A stretch of 60,098 nt of DNA, the filler included, from Sphacelaria rigidula (Eukaryota): the NCBI GenBank assembly GCA_964200075.2. It is 7 parts of 7 records of this genome, joined end to end, with 100 filler letters (N's around TTAATTAATTAA, not from the genome) between each part and the next. Parts side by side here need not be neighbours in the genome. Positions count along the whole stretch, not along the records: positions 8,602 to 17,101 come from CAXNAA020010960.1; positions 17,202 to 25,701 come from CAXNAA020010961.1; 5 more parts are not named here. One strand, given 5' to 3'. A program made the translations under genes and the position numbers. Under the pieces are notes generated by a model that was given only the letters and a program-made list of their open reading frames with translations, had not been told where the DNA came from and did not search any database. Below, piece by piece: positions 11,114 to 22,140 of this stretch (position 1 is its first letter; every line of letters begins with the position of its first letter).

Positions 11114-11443
11114 CCAGGGTAGGTTGAGTAGAGTATACTCAATTGCGGGGTATTTCGAAAGTCGTACTTCAAGTACACAAATTTGGGGTAGTGTTCCAGG
11201 AATCGCTTCCCAGGTATTTTTTTGGTACGACTCCCAACACTCTACTATAATTTAACCCTTTTGGAACTCTTTGACGATTTTTGTTTTTGCGAGTCGGCAT
11301 CATTTTCAGTCATCTTTAATAAGTCAAAATGATACTGATACACGAAAACAAAAATCGTCAGTGGGTTCCGAAAGGGTTAAGTACCCCAAGCACGGCTTTC
11401 AAAATACACCGCAATTGAGTATACTCTACTCGACCTGCCTGTG
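11114..11443. mobile_element. hAT MITE (CAAGGGTAGG family) inserted in SINE head
   Basis: TIRs CCAGGGTAGGTTGAGTAGAGTATACTCAATTGCGG and its near complement; 8-bp TSD GAAGGTTT / GAAAGTTT; the empty site is seen in the SINE copy at about 48580. Confidence 0.85.
11256..11376. mobile_element. piggyBac-type mini-MITE (121 bp)
   Basis: TTAA TSDs at 11252-11255 and 11377-11380, CCCTTT/AAAGGG termini. Confidence 0.85.
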
Positions 11444-12046
11444 GAAAGTTTCGAGGTTACAAACTCAGCCAACGGGGCGACCGGCTCTGGTAATGGGTGG
11501 CCTCAAATTATGGCCAAAACAATGTTGGGGGAAGTATCAACAATAATCTGTGAGGTTATCACACCCCGGGAATCTACCCATCGTGGATGGACGCGAAATA
11601 TTCAGAAGAGGACCATCTCGACAATTTAAAGACCATGCTCAGATGGTGCTTTTTGATGAATTCCTTCTGTTTTTTTCTGGAGACAAGGCCGCACCTTACA
11701 GCAAACAATCAAAAAGTCCGGGGAAAACACCTCGTTGGTCCTTCTGTGTCGTTTTACGCCCAAAAGGAGAGCTAGGCCGAGTTTGACACCTTGGAATGAC
11801 TCGCTCTACCCGTTGCCACGGTTCTCGGACAACTTCGCGTTGTCCGTTTGCCACAGTTTTCATTTTGGCTAAACTTGAATTTTTGTCCAAAAACGGTCAA
11901 GCACGGTCAAATCTAAAAAAAACGCAATTTTTCTCCGAACTTGACCGTCTCTGGACAAAAATGCTAGTATGACCAAAATGGAAAGGCGAATATTTATTTC
12001 AGTAATTCCCATGAATGGACCTTATACAAATAGAAAAACAAGGGGT

Positions 12047-13271
12047 AAATAGCTTAAAAAAGGTACACCCCTCGTATTTTGCCGAAGAAAGGTACGAAAA
12101 ATGACCAGAAGACGCAAAACAGAAAATCCCACAATCTAGACCGATTTCGCTTTGAATTATTGACGTACAGCAATCGGCGGGCTCCTCGGCACCCGGGCCT
12201 CGAAAATCGCGAGGTATGGTCATACGCAGGAGGATGTCTCGCCTCCCGAAACCACCTCTCCGTTCTAGGCCAAATTTCGGCCAGGTCTGATCTAGGAATT
12301 ATTCTCCAGTCGTTCCTTACATGGGCCACCAGTCGGCCGAGAACGTACAGTAGTGGGCGCTCTGACTATTTAGCAGGGTTTTGGGGTATTCCTCGCGGGC
12401 TAGTCTTCGATAGAACTCGAAATTGCTAGCGTCGGTAGATTGTGGTACAATGAACAGATCATCCTCGAAACACAGTGCCCAAGTCAGTGCTAGTTGGTGT
12501 TATCGGGCAAAACGAGTGAATACCCCGTTCATCAGGAGGGTGTTATTGACAGTGAAACACAGTTTTTCGGCTCTAGTGCCATGGGCAGAATTTCAGAAAA
12601 ATAAAACTGTAATTTTTTAGAAATATGATCGGGACAGGCTCCATCGACCGAAATCACCGAAGAGTACGAACCTGGGCTAAAACGTCGCAGGACCCCCGAT
12701 GACCGGTCCGCCCGTGAGTCACTAGATGTTGATTACAGATGATTTTTTTTTCTTGGAATGTGGAGGAGATACAAATATCTTTAGGTCCCAATGTGATCAG
12801 CGGTGGCAAGCGAAAAGAGCTCGATAAAATCGCCAATTACGAAGAAATCACAAAATGCCTCAAAATGAACAGTTAGACCGCCCATTACTGTACCTGTCCT
12901 TGGCTATCGCTTCCCACACTGTACCTGATGCGGCAAAATCTGCGCAAGGGAATCTACGCGCCAACTCCAACCATGGCGCCCATATGTTCCTAAATCAGGT
13001 ATACCTCGCCGAAATATGGCCTATTAATCGCAAGGGGAAGTGGTTTCGGGAGGCGAGACGTCCTTCTGCGCATGGCCTTATCTCGCGAGTAACTTGATTT
13101 TTTCTGGATTTTTTCGAGGCATGGGTGCCGAGTAGCCCCCCGAATGCTGTGCGTCAAAAACTCGGAGTGGAATCGGTGAATATTGTGTGCCATGCTGTTT
13201 TCGCGTTCCTGGTCATTTTCCGTACTTTTCTTGGGTAAAATACGAGAGGGTATACCTTTTCTAGGCCAGTG
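12047..13271. mobile_element. CACTG-terminated (EnSpm/CACTA-like) foldback element
   Basis: Right end CCTTTTCTAGGCCAGTG; inverted arms at about 12055-12295 and 12990-13271; same family as 38774-40520. The left terminus is degenerate. Confidence 0.7.
12348..12890. mobile_element. Tc1/mariner-type MITE (CAGTAGTGGGCG family), complete, 543 bp
   Basis: TA|CAGTAGTGGGCG ... CGCCCATTACTG|TA; the host empty site with a single TA (GAGTACCTATCC) is at about 39087. Confidence 0.9.
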
Positions 13272-14841
13272 TCCACAAAAAGCGCCGCCTTTGAACAATC
13301 AATGCACTCCTCCTCAAAATCTCAGGTTCCGAACTCTGGAAGCGTCGAGTGAACAATCGCTACAGTCACTTTTAGGGGGAATCTAATAGTGGGACCAGCC
13401 TGTACACCGACACGATGCTCCCGTCCACAAATATCATCGCCGATGTGGAGTTATGGTCAGTATTTTAGTTGCACATCTCCATAGTGGAGAAATATCCGAG
13501 CCGCTACGAGCGTATTGGTACAGTATAATACGAGTAGTACTTCCGTAAATAATCCTCGCGTGTGTTCTCATGAAACGTGGATGTACACTGTGAGGGGGGA
13601 CGGTGTTGCGCTGGTACACGGAAGCAAGCTAATGTAATGCATGCGTACGTAAAAATGAAGGTACGTTACAGTTAGTAGTAGTCAGTAGTACGAGTAGAAC
13701 AACAAACGCCATGAGCTTTCGATATACGTGAAGACGGCGTGCCACCTTGTGGGTGCTGTCGACCGTCACATGCACCACTTGTTGTCTGTACTGTTTGTGT
13801 TCTGTAACTGTTTTCGGTACTGTATTTATAACAGTCCCTTACCGGTAGCGGTATTGCTGCATTACTGTCAGCAGCAGCACAGCAATCCAGAGTACAGGCA
13901 TGGGGCAGTATAGCACCGCAGTGCACAGATCTAGACACAATCTGCATATTCCCGGCAATGTGCGTGCCATATTGCCTTGGCGGCCAGTTGCAGCCTTGGA
14001 ACAAACCAGGACAATATAACAACAGTCCAGTCCAGTCGGTGTAGATGGGAACGGCCGGTTGCTGCCTGCAGAGATGTTTAAGAAAAAAGACTGTCCCAGA
14101 GCACCACGTAAAAGCATATACACAGCGCCTACTTTGCTAATGGTTGCCTTTGTGGAAGACCGCCAGCCACTCAAGCATTGTGAGGCAGTACCTCACCCCA
14201 GGAAAACGCAGAGGTTAAGGCTGTAGTGACCTACAGATAGTACAGTGAACGAAGAGTACAGACAGTGCAGGGCAGTGGCGACCTCAAATTTTCTTGGCGC
14301 GCACCGCACCCACCCATTGATTGGACAAGGTCACGACTTTCGCGCACTTTTTATCGTCACATGTATTCGCAAGACAGAAAACTACTCAACTCCGGATGGA
14401 TGAATTGTTTCAGCTCCACGTACACAATCGACTCTGGAGAGACCAACGCACTCCCCCCTCCGGGCGATTTTGCGCACCTACAAGCAACCAGCACTTGGCC
14501 CATAACTAGGCTATCATGAGCAAGCAAGCAAGCGGATGATGGTTTACGACACGCCATCATCTTGCGTTTCATCTACCCCTGACTTGCAATGATGGGTTGC
14601 ACTGGGCAGACGTGCGACGCCAAGCAACAAAATAATACCCACGCCTTGAAAATATCTGCAGCAGCGTCGATCCTTTTCGAGGCTAAGAACGCTGGCATAT
14701 CTTAACTTGGATTTCTCGAAAGATTTCATTAATATATTTAAACGACATGCGTTTCGGCGGTGTAGCAGCTGCAGGTTTCCGAGGAAATCGACCTTGACAA
14801 CAATATCAAATGAGGGTGTTATACCCCGTAAAACAACTAAC

Positions 14842-14982
14842 CTCTATGCCATTTGGGTTGGCCGCTGTGAGGTCCAGCGGTATCTCCGTCCCGCCGACGC
14901 TCATAGGCCTATCTTCCAGCATATCTACCACGATCTTCGGGTACTTCTCGCTCAGCCATCGGTAAAATGCCGGCACACCCAT
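14842..14982 (-). CDS. XRN2: 5'-3' exoribonuclease 2 (XRN2/Rat1-type), first coding exon
   Basis: MGVPAFYRWLSEKYPKIVVDMLEDRPMSVGGTEIPLDLTAANPNGIE is the XRN N-terminus with the XRN2-type insertion ending NPNG.E; followed by donor GAG|GTTAGT. Confidence 0.93.
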
Positions 14983-15384
14983 GATACTTTGCTTTACCTC
15001 TCCAGTCCCTCCCCTGTTCGTAAGAGGGGGTACAATCGTTCGCTCACGGCGGTATTCAGGCATTCATGGTAATTCAAGAAATAGTATATCGCAGACCCAC
15101 GGTCATTTATTGGAGTACCAATCCACTTTGAACGCCCACTTTTACCCCCAAAAGTCTTGATTTTTTATACATGAATTTTCGAGAGTGAATCAGAGATATT
15201 TAAAAGAAAGAGAAGTTACCTCGCCAATAATGTAAAAAGAGCGGATATTGTACATTGAAACACTTCAAAACAATACTGGCAGAATACATAGATCTCGAAG
15301 CCACGACCGCGGGTCTGAGAACATAGCGCATTTCATTCGAGCGATGATCTGTCTCTGTCGCATGTTGATGCTCAACAACAACAC

Positions 15385-15687
15385 ATGAAGCGGGCAAGTG
15401 AGATGCACTGCTCCTCAGCAGTGGTCGTCGTGCTACTTCTAACTGCAGGAGTTACCGCATTTGTCCCATCAAGTATAACACCATGCCTCACAAGATTTTG
15501 TCGAAGTAGCAGGCCGTCACATCAGACAAGCAAGACACGTAGCCGAGGAACAGATCATGGCTTGCTGCTTGCTGCGGCCGAAGGGATTGGAGGCGGCGGC
15601 GTTGGCGGGATGCTACAGCAGCAGATAACGGTGGAGATCAAGGGGGGGATAAAGGTGAAAGATGGGAAGAGAGCTGAAGCTCTCTCG
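15385..15687 (+). CDS. First exon of a probable plastid-targeted protein (bipartite presequence)
   Basis: Hydrophobic signal peptide AVVVVLLLTAGVTA followed by FVP (ASAFAP-type motif) and an S/T/R-rich transit-like segment; donor TCG|GTACGG. The start could be 15403. Mature domain not identified. Confidence 0.75.
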
Positions 15688-16316
15688 GTACGGGTCTGAC
15701 GATGCTGGATGTATTGTGCATGCAGCAGCTCCGCTGTCTGAGCGATCTCTGACTTCACTGCGGGAGAATTCACACCGTAGCACCGACCCGAAGAAGCGAT
15801 ATGATGCGTGTCCCAGCTCACAATAGACCTGGGACAGCACTTCTAGCTTGGGGCAGCTGCCACTTTGCTATCGACCCTTGTAGATCGCAGTATAAATCAA
15901 AATTTCGGAGCTCCATTGAATTGCGAACGATTACGTGGTCGATGCAGTAAGAGGTTGTAAGACACACAGCTGAGTGATGATGGCACCGCACTACTGCTGT
16001 ACTGTTTACCCTTGTAATGCTGATGTTTTAGTATTTTTTTCGCCTGGAGGGTGGTGTGTGCTGTCTGCACGGTCTTCTCCATCATCTTACTGATGGTGCA
16101 ATCGTGTGCCCGTGAGGAAGTCGACAGACGGGAGAGGTATTTGGTGTGTAACCCGTCCCATGTCTGCCTGCATTTTCGATACAAACCAAAATGTACGTGC
16201 GGCAAACGCATGGTACGGGAGTGGGTGCATGAGAGCAAATTACCTGATAATTTTACCCAAGTCCTAGGCTTCATTGCGGGTACCATGTGCGTCATTTTCA
16301 GAGGCGAGACATTACT

Positions 16317-16590
16317 GCCCGCTGTGTCTGCTGCGGCGTACTACTCGCGATAGAACACCCATCAACGTGTACAGTATCGTAGGCCAGGCGTGATAGTCGT
16401 TCATTGTCTTTTCACAGAGTTTGACGTTAACAATAATTCTGCCCGCCGTGTCTGCTGCGGCATAATACCCGCGATAAAGCACCCATAAACGTGTATCGTA
16501 GATCCGACTGTTGTACCGTATTGTCGTGCGTTGTCAAGTTATCTTTTTCACAGTATCACCGCATGTTAATCAGAATTTGACGTAAACAAC
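16317..16590 (+). repeat. Diverged tandem duplication (~125-bp unit)
   Basis: GCCCGC.GTGTCTGCTGCGGC...CGCGATA...CACCCAT.AACGTGTA...TTTTCACAG...TTTGACGT occurs twice. Confidence 0.75.
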
Positions 16591-16940
16591 TGGCACCACA
16601 AGGTTGCTTTTATCACCACGAAGCGGTAAAGTACTCTACTGTACGCACCATCTGGTTCATGCTGCAAGTGAGCTGCGTATTTTGTAGTGCCCAGCCCCCA
16701 AAGCACACTTTTTACATGTGTTGATAGTGTGCTGAAGAGACGTCCGGGCAGAGCGTACCTGTGCCCAGATGGAAACAGTGTCCATTTGGCCCTCGCGAGC
16801 AAATCGCTCCTCAATCGTTTGACTGTCATGGGGGATCATCTGGATCTCCCACTCATTTTTGGAGTCGGTAAAACCGATTCAACAAATACCCATCGTCGCT
16901 GTTAAAGGGTTGATCCTTTTGGAAACCTTTTCCCCCCAAG

Positions 16941-17095
16941 CCTGGTCCGGCGAAAACCCGTCGTACTCCGTCCCGGCTTTGTAGGAATGCGAGGTCAATG
17001 GTATTATGACTATGGCATGTATGATCATGAGTACACCCCGCCCCCCCCCCCCCCCCCCCCCCCCGCCGCCGCGCTCCCGGCGTCACCCGGGAGCT
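16941..17095 (-). mobile_element. Repeat family A end fragment
   Basis: CCTGGTCCGGCGAAAACCCG...CATGAGTACACCCC plus poly-C at the contig end. Confidence 0.8.
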
Positions 17096-17101
17096 GGGGG
17101 G

Positions 17102-17201
17102 NNNNNNNNNNNNNNNNNNNNNNNNNNNNNNNNNNNNNNNNNNNNTTAATTAATTAANNNNNNNNNNNNNNNNNNNNNNNNNNNNNNNNNNNNNNNNNNN
17201 N
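17102..17201. other. Artificial contig linker
   Basis: N44-TTAATTAATTAA-N44. Confidence 0.99.
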
Positions 17202-17770
17202 GGTGAATAGTGATTCTTTTTCTCCCCCCCCCATCTTTCTTTTCGCTTTTTTTTCCCCTTGTTTACCTGGACCACCCCCCCCCCCCCCCCCCCCCCCTCT
17301 TTTCCATGTAGCTGCTACCTGAATGTACTGTTTGTTGTACTGTACTGTCTGTAGCGATCAACCTATGACCCAGTGTTACCAAACTAACTGTACTGTCTGT
17401 CCTGTGTACAAGTACGAGTACTGAGTACTGATTGTACTGTTGTAGCGCTAACTAAACGGTGTCCTGTGCACACTGTAGTGCACCAGCAGAGAGACGCCGA
17501 ACACCAGAGAGCTACAGTTTGTACTGCGCACTGGCACGGCACCGCGAGAGAAACGGCAAACACCACAGAGCTGCAGAAGTTACGCTGTACCCATTGTTGT
17601 GCTGGTGTGTCGATGCTCGCTTTGTGACGAGGCGAATCCCAGGTAACCAGCTTGACCTCAAGCAACCTGCATTGGCTGTCCAAAAACAGGATTCATCAGT
17701 GACCGTGGGTACTTTGCCGCCGTAGCGTGGAGGGAGCACGAGACAGCGCAGGGAGGCATTTATCTGCTAG

Positions 17771-17899
17771 ATGACAAACGTGGAACAAACCACCTGCCTT
17801 CGTGGTCTATTCAGCAAAGACGACGATGCTGTTCACCCCCTGGTCAAGAACGACATATTCAAAGATTGTCCCAGTGGAATGCGCTTTGATACGAAAGAG
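17771..17899 (+). CDS. Possible exon of an unidentified gene
   Basis: CTAG before and GAG|GTGAGG donor after a 43-codon frame MTNVEQTTCLRGLFSKDDDAVHPLVKNDIFKDCPSGMRFDTKE; no family recognised. Confidence 0.3.
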
Positions 17900-18360
17900 G
17901 TGAGGGCATTTCCATTTTATCAATCCAATGCTACTGCCTGCGGTGTTGTATTGTGCTGTATTGCCCTACCGTAATGAAATATGATATGTTGTCCTATCTG
18001 GACTGAACTCGTACTTTACTGTAACGTACAGAGGTCAGTGGGGCTGTACTCGTCCTGAGCGGATGATGGTGTATAACACCCCCTAGTATGTGACGGTATC
18101 TTGCAAGGGCAGGTCGAGTTGACTATACTCGATACTCGGTATTTTTGAAAAGCCATTCCACTCTGTCCCATAATATAAGGCCGGTTCCAGTTGAGTGTGT
18201 TGCAAATGGTTTGAAACTGGCATCCTTCGTGGCAATGCTTTTGCGACGAATATAAGGCGGCCTGACGCCAAAGTCCCACCTGGAACGCGGGGATGGTTCG
18301 CATCTTTTTCCCCCCGGGGGATACCTGGGGATGACAGAGATTTATCCAGTAAGGAAATAT

Positions 18361-19602
18361 CAGGGCTCTTTACGTTACACGTCACAAACGTACGTCACAA
18401 CGGTGTGACGTAACGAAACGTATGTTTTTCGAATACGTCACAAATGTGACGTGACGTGACGTTTTTGTAATATGTCACAGTGACGTATTTTGAAACGTTA
18501 CACATCATAATATATTATACGTTTTTGACTTGTAAAAGAAGGTCACAACCGTCACACGCTCAACGTGTACCACAATCAAATCAGTGTGAGATTGGCATAT
18601 GCGGTACTATGCGGTACTCGTTTGATATGACACATGGGTTGAAGAAAAGTGTACATAGGTCATCATAATACGCACGCGATGTAAGCGCGAATTCAGAGCC
18701 CCGGTAGCATGCCCCGCCACACCACACCCAACCATAGAACACAGAACGAGGGAATTCCGGAATCCGAAAGCACGAGTTTCGAATTTCCGAATTTCCGAAT
18801 TTCCAACTTCGATAGCACAGACGGGGCGGGAGCGACGTGTAACTTAACAATGAGCGCGGCCCAGGATACCGTAACGGGCTCAGCGTTCCCCTTCCACGGC
18901 AGAGAGAGAGGGTGCTGCAAGAGAGGGTTGTGCAGCAGACGGGGTATCACCAACGACGTATAATCTGTATATACTTGCGTCTGTATGTGTACATCATGAC
19001 CTGCGCGCATCTTGGTATCTCACTATCTGATTATCGTGCATCAAAAACGTACTACTCATGTATTTCTTTTAAATTGAAACGTGTGAGTCAGGGACGCATG
19101 AGCGATACACTACAGTAGCTGAAAGGCGATTTTACGTGTCAACATAGCGAGCAGAACGCGCCTCATGCTCGAACAAGGCGGCCACCGCGAACCTCCCGTA
19201 CCAAGTTGCGGTACATGAAACCTTACAACGTCGTACGTGGCGTTCATTTTCCTTCAACACGGTCGAAGTGTAACGTTTCATTTTACGTTACACGTCACAA
19301 ATGTAACGTATACTATTCTTTACACGTCAAGAATACGTTACAGAATACGTTACACGTCACCACTGTGTACAAATGTGACGTGTGATCTTTTTTGTGACGT
19401 GTAACGTTTTTAATTCGTCACACGTTACGTGAAACATTTCAAAATACGTTACTGTGACGTAACATAACGCATGACTTTTTACCACGTCACAATTGTGACG
19501 TAGCGTACCGTACCCGTACAAAAATGTGACGTGACGTAACGTATAATTTTTCATATGTCAAATTTGTGACGTAACGTGTAACGTGTAACATAAAGAGCCC
19601 TG
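18361..19602. mobile_element. hAT non-autonomous element with ACGT-rich subterminal arrays (1242 bp)
   Basis: TIR CAGGGCTCTTTA(C/T)GTTACACGT; perfect 8-bp TSD GGAAATAT (18353-18360 and 19603-19610). Confidence 0.93.
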
Positions 19603-20057
19603 GGAAATATGGCATTTTTCAAAACGCTCTTACGGGGCCATGAAGTACTCTTGTCGCACCATTTTTGTTGTTGTTTCTCGTCTCTCTGGCCTTCTGCACG
19701 AATGCCTATATTCTGTATCAGCGATGGTATCGGTGCACACCGAGTGAAATATTCAAAACTAAAAAGTCTGCCCGACCTTTGAGGCACGACGGAACCTGCA
19801 AAAAAGAATAATCCGATATGTAGGGGGGAAAACATGGCCGTTGCGGGGCTCGAATCCGCGTCCAAAAATTCGACCTTGGAGTGGAGATATCCTGTTTTTT
19901 GTCCACATCGACCTTATATTATGGGACAAAGTTGTACTTTTTAGTACCCAAAATTTGAGTAGAGTTTTGAGCTCATACCCAAGTGATGCTCCATACTCGA
20001 GTATTACTGAGAGTACTTACCCAAAACTTGAGCAGAGTATTCGAGGCCATACCCAAT

Positions 20058-20155
20058 GACCCAGGTTGGTGCGCCCATATATACCGGAAGGTGTAGACCG
20101 GCGTCCAGAATAGATGGGACGACAACACACACACACACACACACACACAACACAC
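20058..20155 (+). mobile_element. 5'-truncated SINE (3' end and CA tail)
   Basis: GACCC...GGTGTAGACCGGCGTCCAGAATAGATGGGACGACAACACAC matches the SINE 3' end. Confidence 0.8.
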
Positions 20156-20781
20156 AATCTACTCAAAATTTGAGCAGAATAAGTACTCGTGTATTTTACC
20201 CGAGTATTCAAAAGTACATACTCTACTCGACCTGCCCTTAGGACCTTGACGACAACACACGATCTACTCACAATTTGAGCAGAGTAAGTACTCGGGTATT
20301 TTACCCGAGTATTCAAAAGTACATACTCTACTCGACCTGCCCTTTGTATCTTGTCAGCGATGTCTATGTCTACGATAAGAGTAGCAAGGCCGAACAAAAA
20401 ATCGATATTCGAAATCGGACAATAGACGAAAACGGGTATACCCCCCATGGCTTCAGTCGAAGAGGGGTACACCAAACTAGAGGGCTCAAGACGTGGGCTC
20501 CGAAGGCTGCATGTCGAGTTTCTCCGTCTGATCCCCGGACCCTCTCCGGTTCTTGAACGTTTTTTTATTTGCAACTCGCAGTGCAAAGACGGCACGCTGG
20601 GGATTGAGATCATATTTTGTGGTGAACAGAAACGGAGCTGCGAAACTGTTTTTTTCTGGCGATGAGAAGATCCAAAAATGCCACGAACATGAAAAAAACA
20701 CGGAACTACTTGGAAATACGGAGAAATTATCAAACTGAGAAAAGTACATATGGTCCCAGTTTGCCAATGGACAATATACGT

Positions 20782-21140
20782 ACCGGTCGCCCCGGTGGCT
20801 CAGCCGGTAGCTTCGTGTCCTTCTGTCGGTTGAGTTGTGGGGTTTGATTCCCGGAGCGATTTGGGATTTTTTCTTACACCATGCCCAACAGTTGAGAGCG
20901 ACTATGTCGTGTGTACACAAAAGTCGACGTAGCGGTCGACGAGGGAAAGGGACGGCTGATCCCCTCTCGCGAAAAAAAATAAATGCAAGCACCGCAGAAG
21001 GAAGGTGGGGTACTATAAACAAATAAAAAGGAAAAAAACTCCTGTCTTGACTTTCCTCCTGTATGACCGCGGCTGATGCGCCCACATATCCCGAAAGGGG
21101 TAGATTGGCGCCCAGAATAAAGCGGACGACAACACACGAC
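20782..21140 (+). mobile_element. tRNA-derived SINE, full length
   Basis: CCGGTCGCCCCGGTGGCTCAGCCGG (A box), GGTTTGATTCCC (B box), conserved body and GACGACAACACAC tail. Inserted in a repeat whose uninterrupted copy is at about 23720-23900. Confidence 0.85.
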
Positions 21141-21287
21141 ATACTCTGCAAATTGAAGCAGATGCGCCTTCCTGTGTAGCAGGTAGCACACGTGGGAGTA
21201 GAGAAGGGCACACCGTAGAGCATGTCATCTATTGCACACTAATGGAGGGGAAGAGACCCTTCTGTCTGTACACACTATTTTGGCGTC

Positions 21288-21520
21288 CCACAAACTTCGA
21301 CTTCACGGTCGACGAGGGAAAGGAACCGGTCAACCTCTCTCGCGATGAAAAGTAAGGCAAGGACCGCAAAAAGAAGGTGGAGAACTAAAAACGAAAGAAG
21401 AGGGGGGAAAATCCTGTGTCGACCTTTCTCCTGTTTAACCCCGGCTGTGCACCCACATGTACCGAAAGGTGTAGACTGGCTTTCCGAATAGATTGGATTA
21501 TAACACACATATACATGCAC
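21288..21520 (+). mobile_element. 5'-truncated SINE
   Basis: CGGTCGACGAGGGAAAGGAACC...GGTGTAGACTGGC...GAATAGAT plus CA-like tail. Confidence 0.8.
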
Positions 21521-22140
21521 ACCGTCTCGAAAGCTCTGTATTCAATCAGTTGGAGTTCCAAACTGTTGGACAGGCATGGCCGACACGTACGTAAGTGAAA
21601 CAGCGTCCACTCTTACGGACCGCATACATTCATACCTTCTTCACCGCCCATGTTATGTTGAAAATGTTTGTAAGATTACAACAATAATCCGTGTCGTGTA
21701 GAAATGTGCCAAGGTAGAAATAATTACCACATGCCGTATCGCCCTCTCCGATGTTTCGGCCCATTTTTCCTAGCGGCCATCTCCCACCGTCAATGCTAAT
21801 TCCTCTTCGCGTTGTGACCTTCATTGGGGTGTCGTATCTCGCGTTATGCGCACGCCTACAGCCGGCTATCCCTGTCACAGCAACTGCCGTTTTACCTTGA
21901 GAATGATCGCCAGTCGTGCTCATCGGCGAATTCCCTATTTTTCGGTACGTTTCGACGGACGACCCGTCATGTACTGCCACTACACGTCCGTGCTCATCGG
22001 CGAGCTCGTAACTTTTTGCTCATCGGCGAATTTGTTAATTTTGCTTATCCGGGAATTTGTTCATTTTCACTCCCCGCTCGTGCTCATCGGCGAATTTTAC
22101 AGTTATGCTCATCGGCGATTTTGTTCATTTTCATTCCGAT

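Larger units (their letters stand above)
10741..11485 (-). mobile_element. tRNA-derived SINE with (CA)n tail, interrupted by a hAT MITE
   Basis: Minus-strand head GCCGGTCGCCCCG.TGGCT.AGTT.GT (A box) and GGGTTCGAATCTC (B box), body of about 300 bp, and (CA)n tail. Other copies at 20782, 21288, 48264 and 48811. Confidence 0.85.
18104..20345. mobile_element. hAT non-autonomous element (CAAGGG family) carrying nested insertions
   Basis: CAAGGGCAGGTCGAGT ... ACTCGACCTGCCCTTT with perfect 8-bp TSD GTATCTTG (18096-18103 and 20346-20353). Confidence 0.88.

Noticed and set aside
17860-17899. MuDR transposase motif (GMRFDTKE)
   Set aside because: The match is too short and no other Mutator motifs are nearby.
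20782-20860. tRNA gene
   Set aside because: A and B boxes are present, but there is no convincing cloverleaf and the segment is fused to a repeated body and tail, so it is a SINE head.
21917-22120. Mini-CRISPR array
   Set aside because: The repeat is only 13 bp with irregular spacing; kept instead as a motif cluster.
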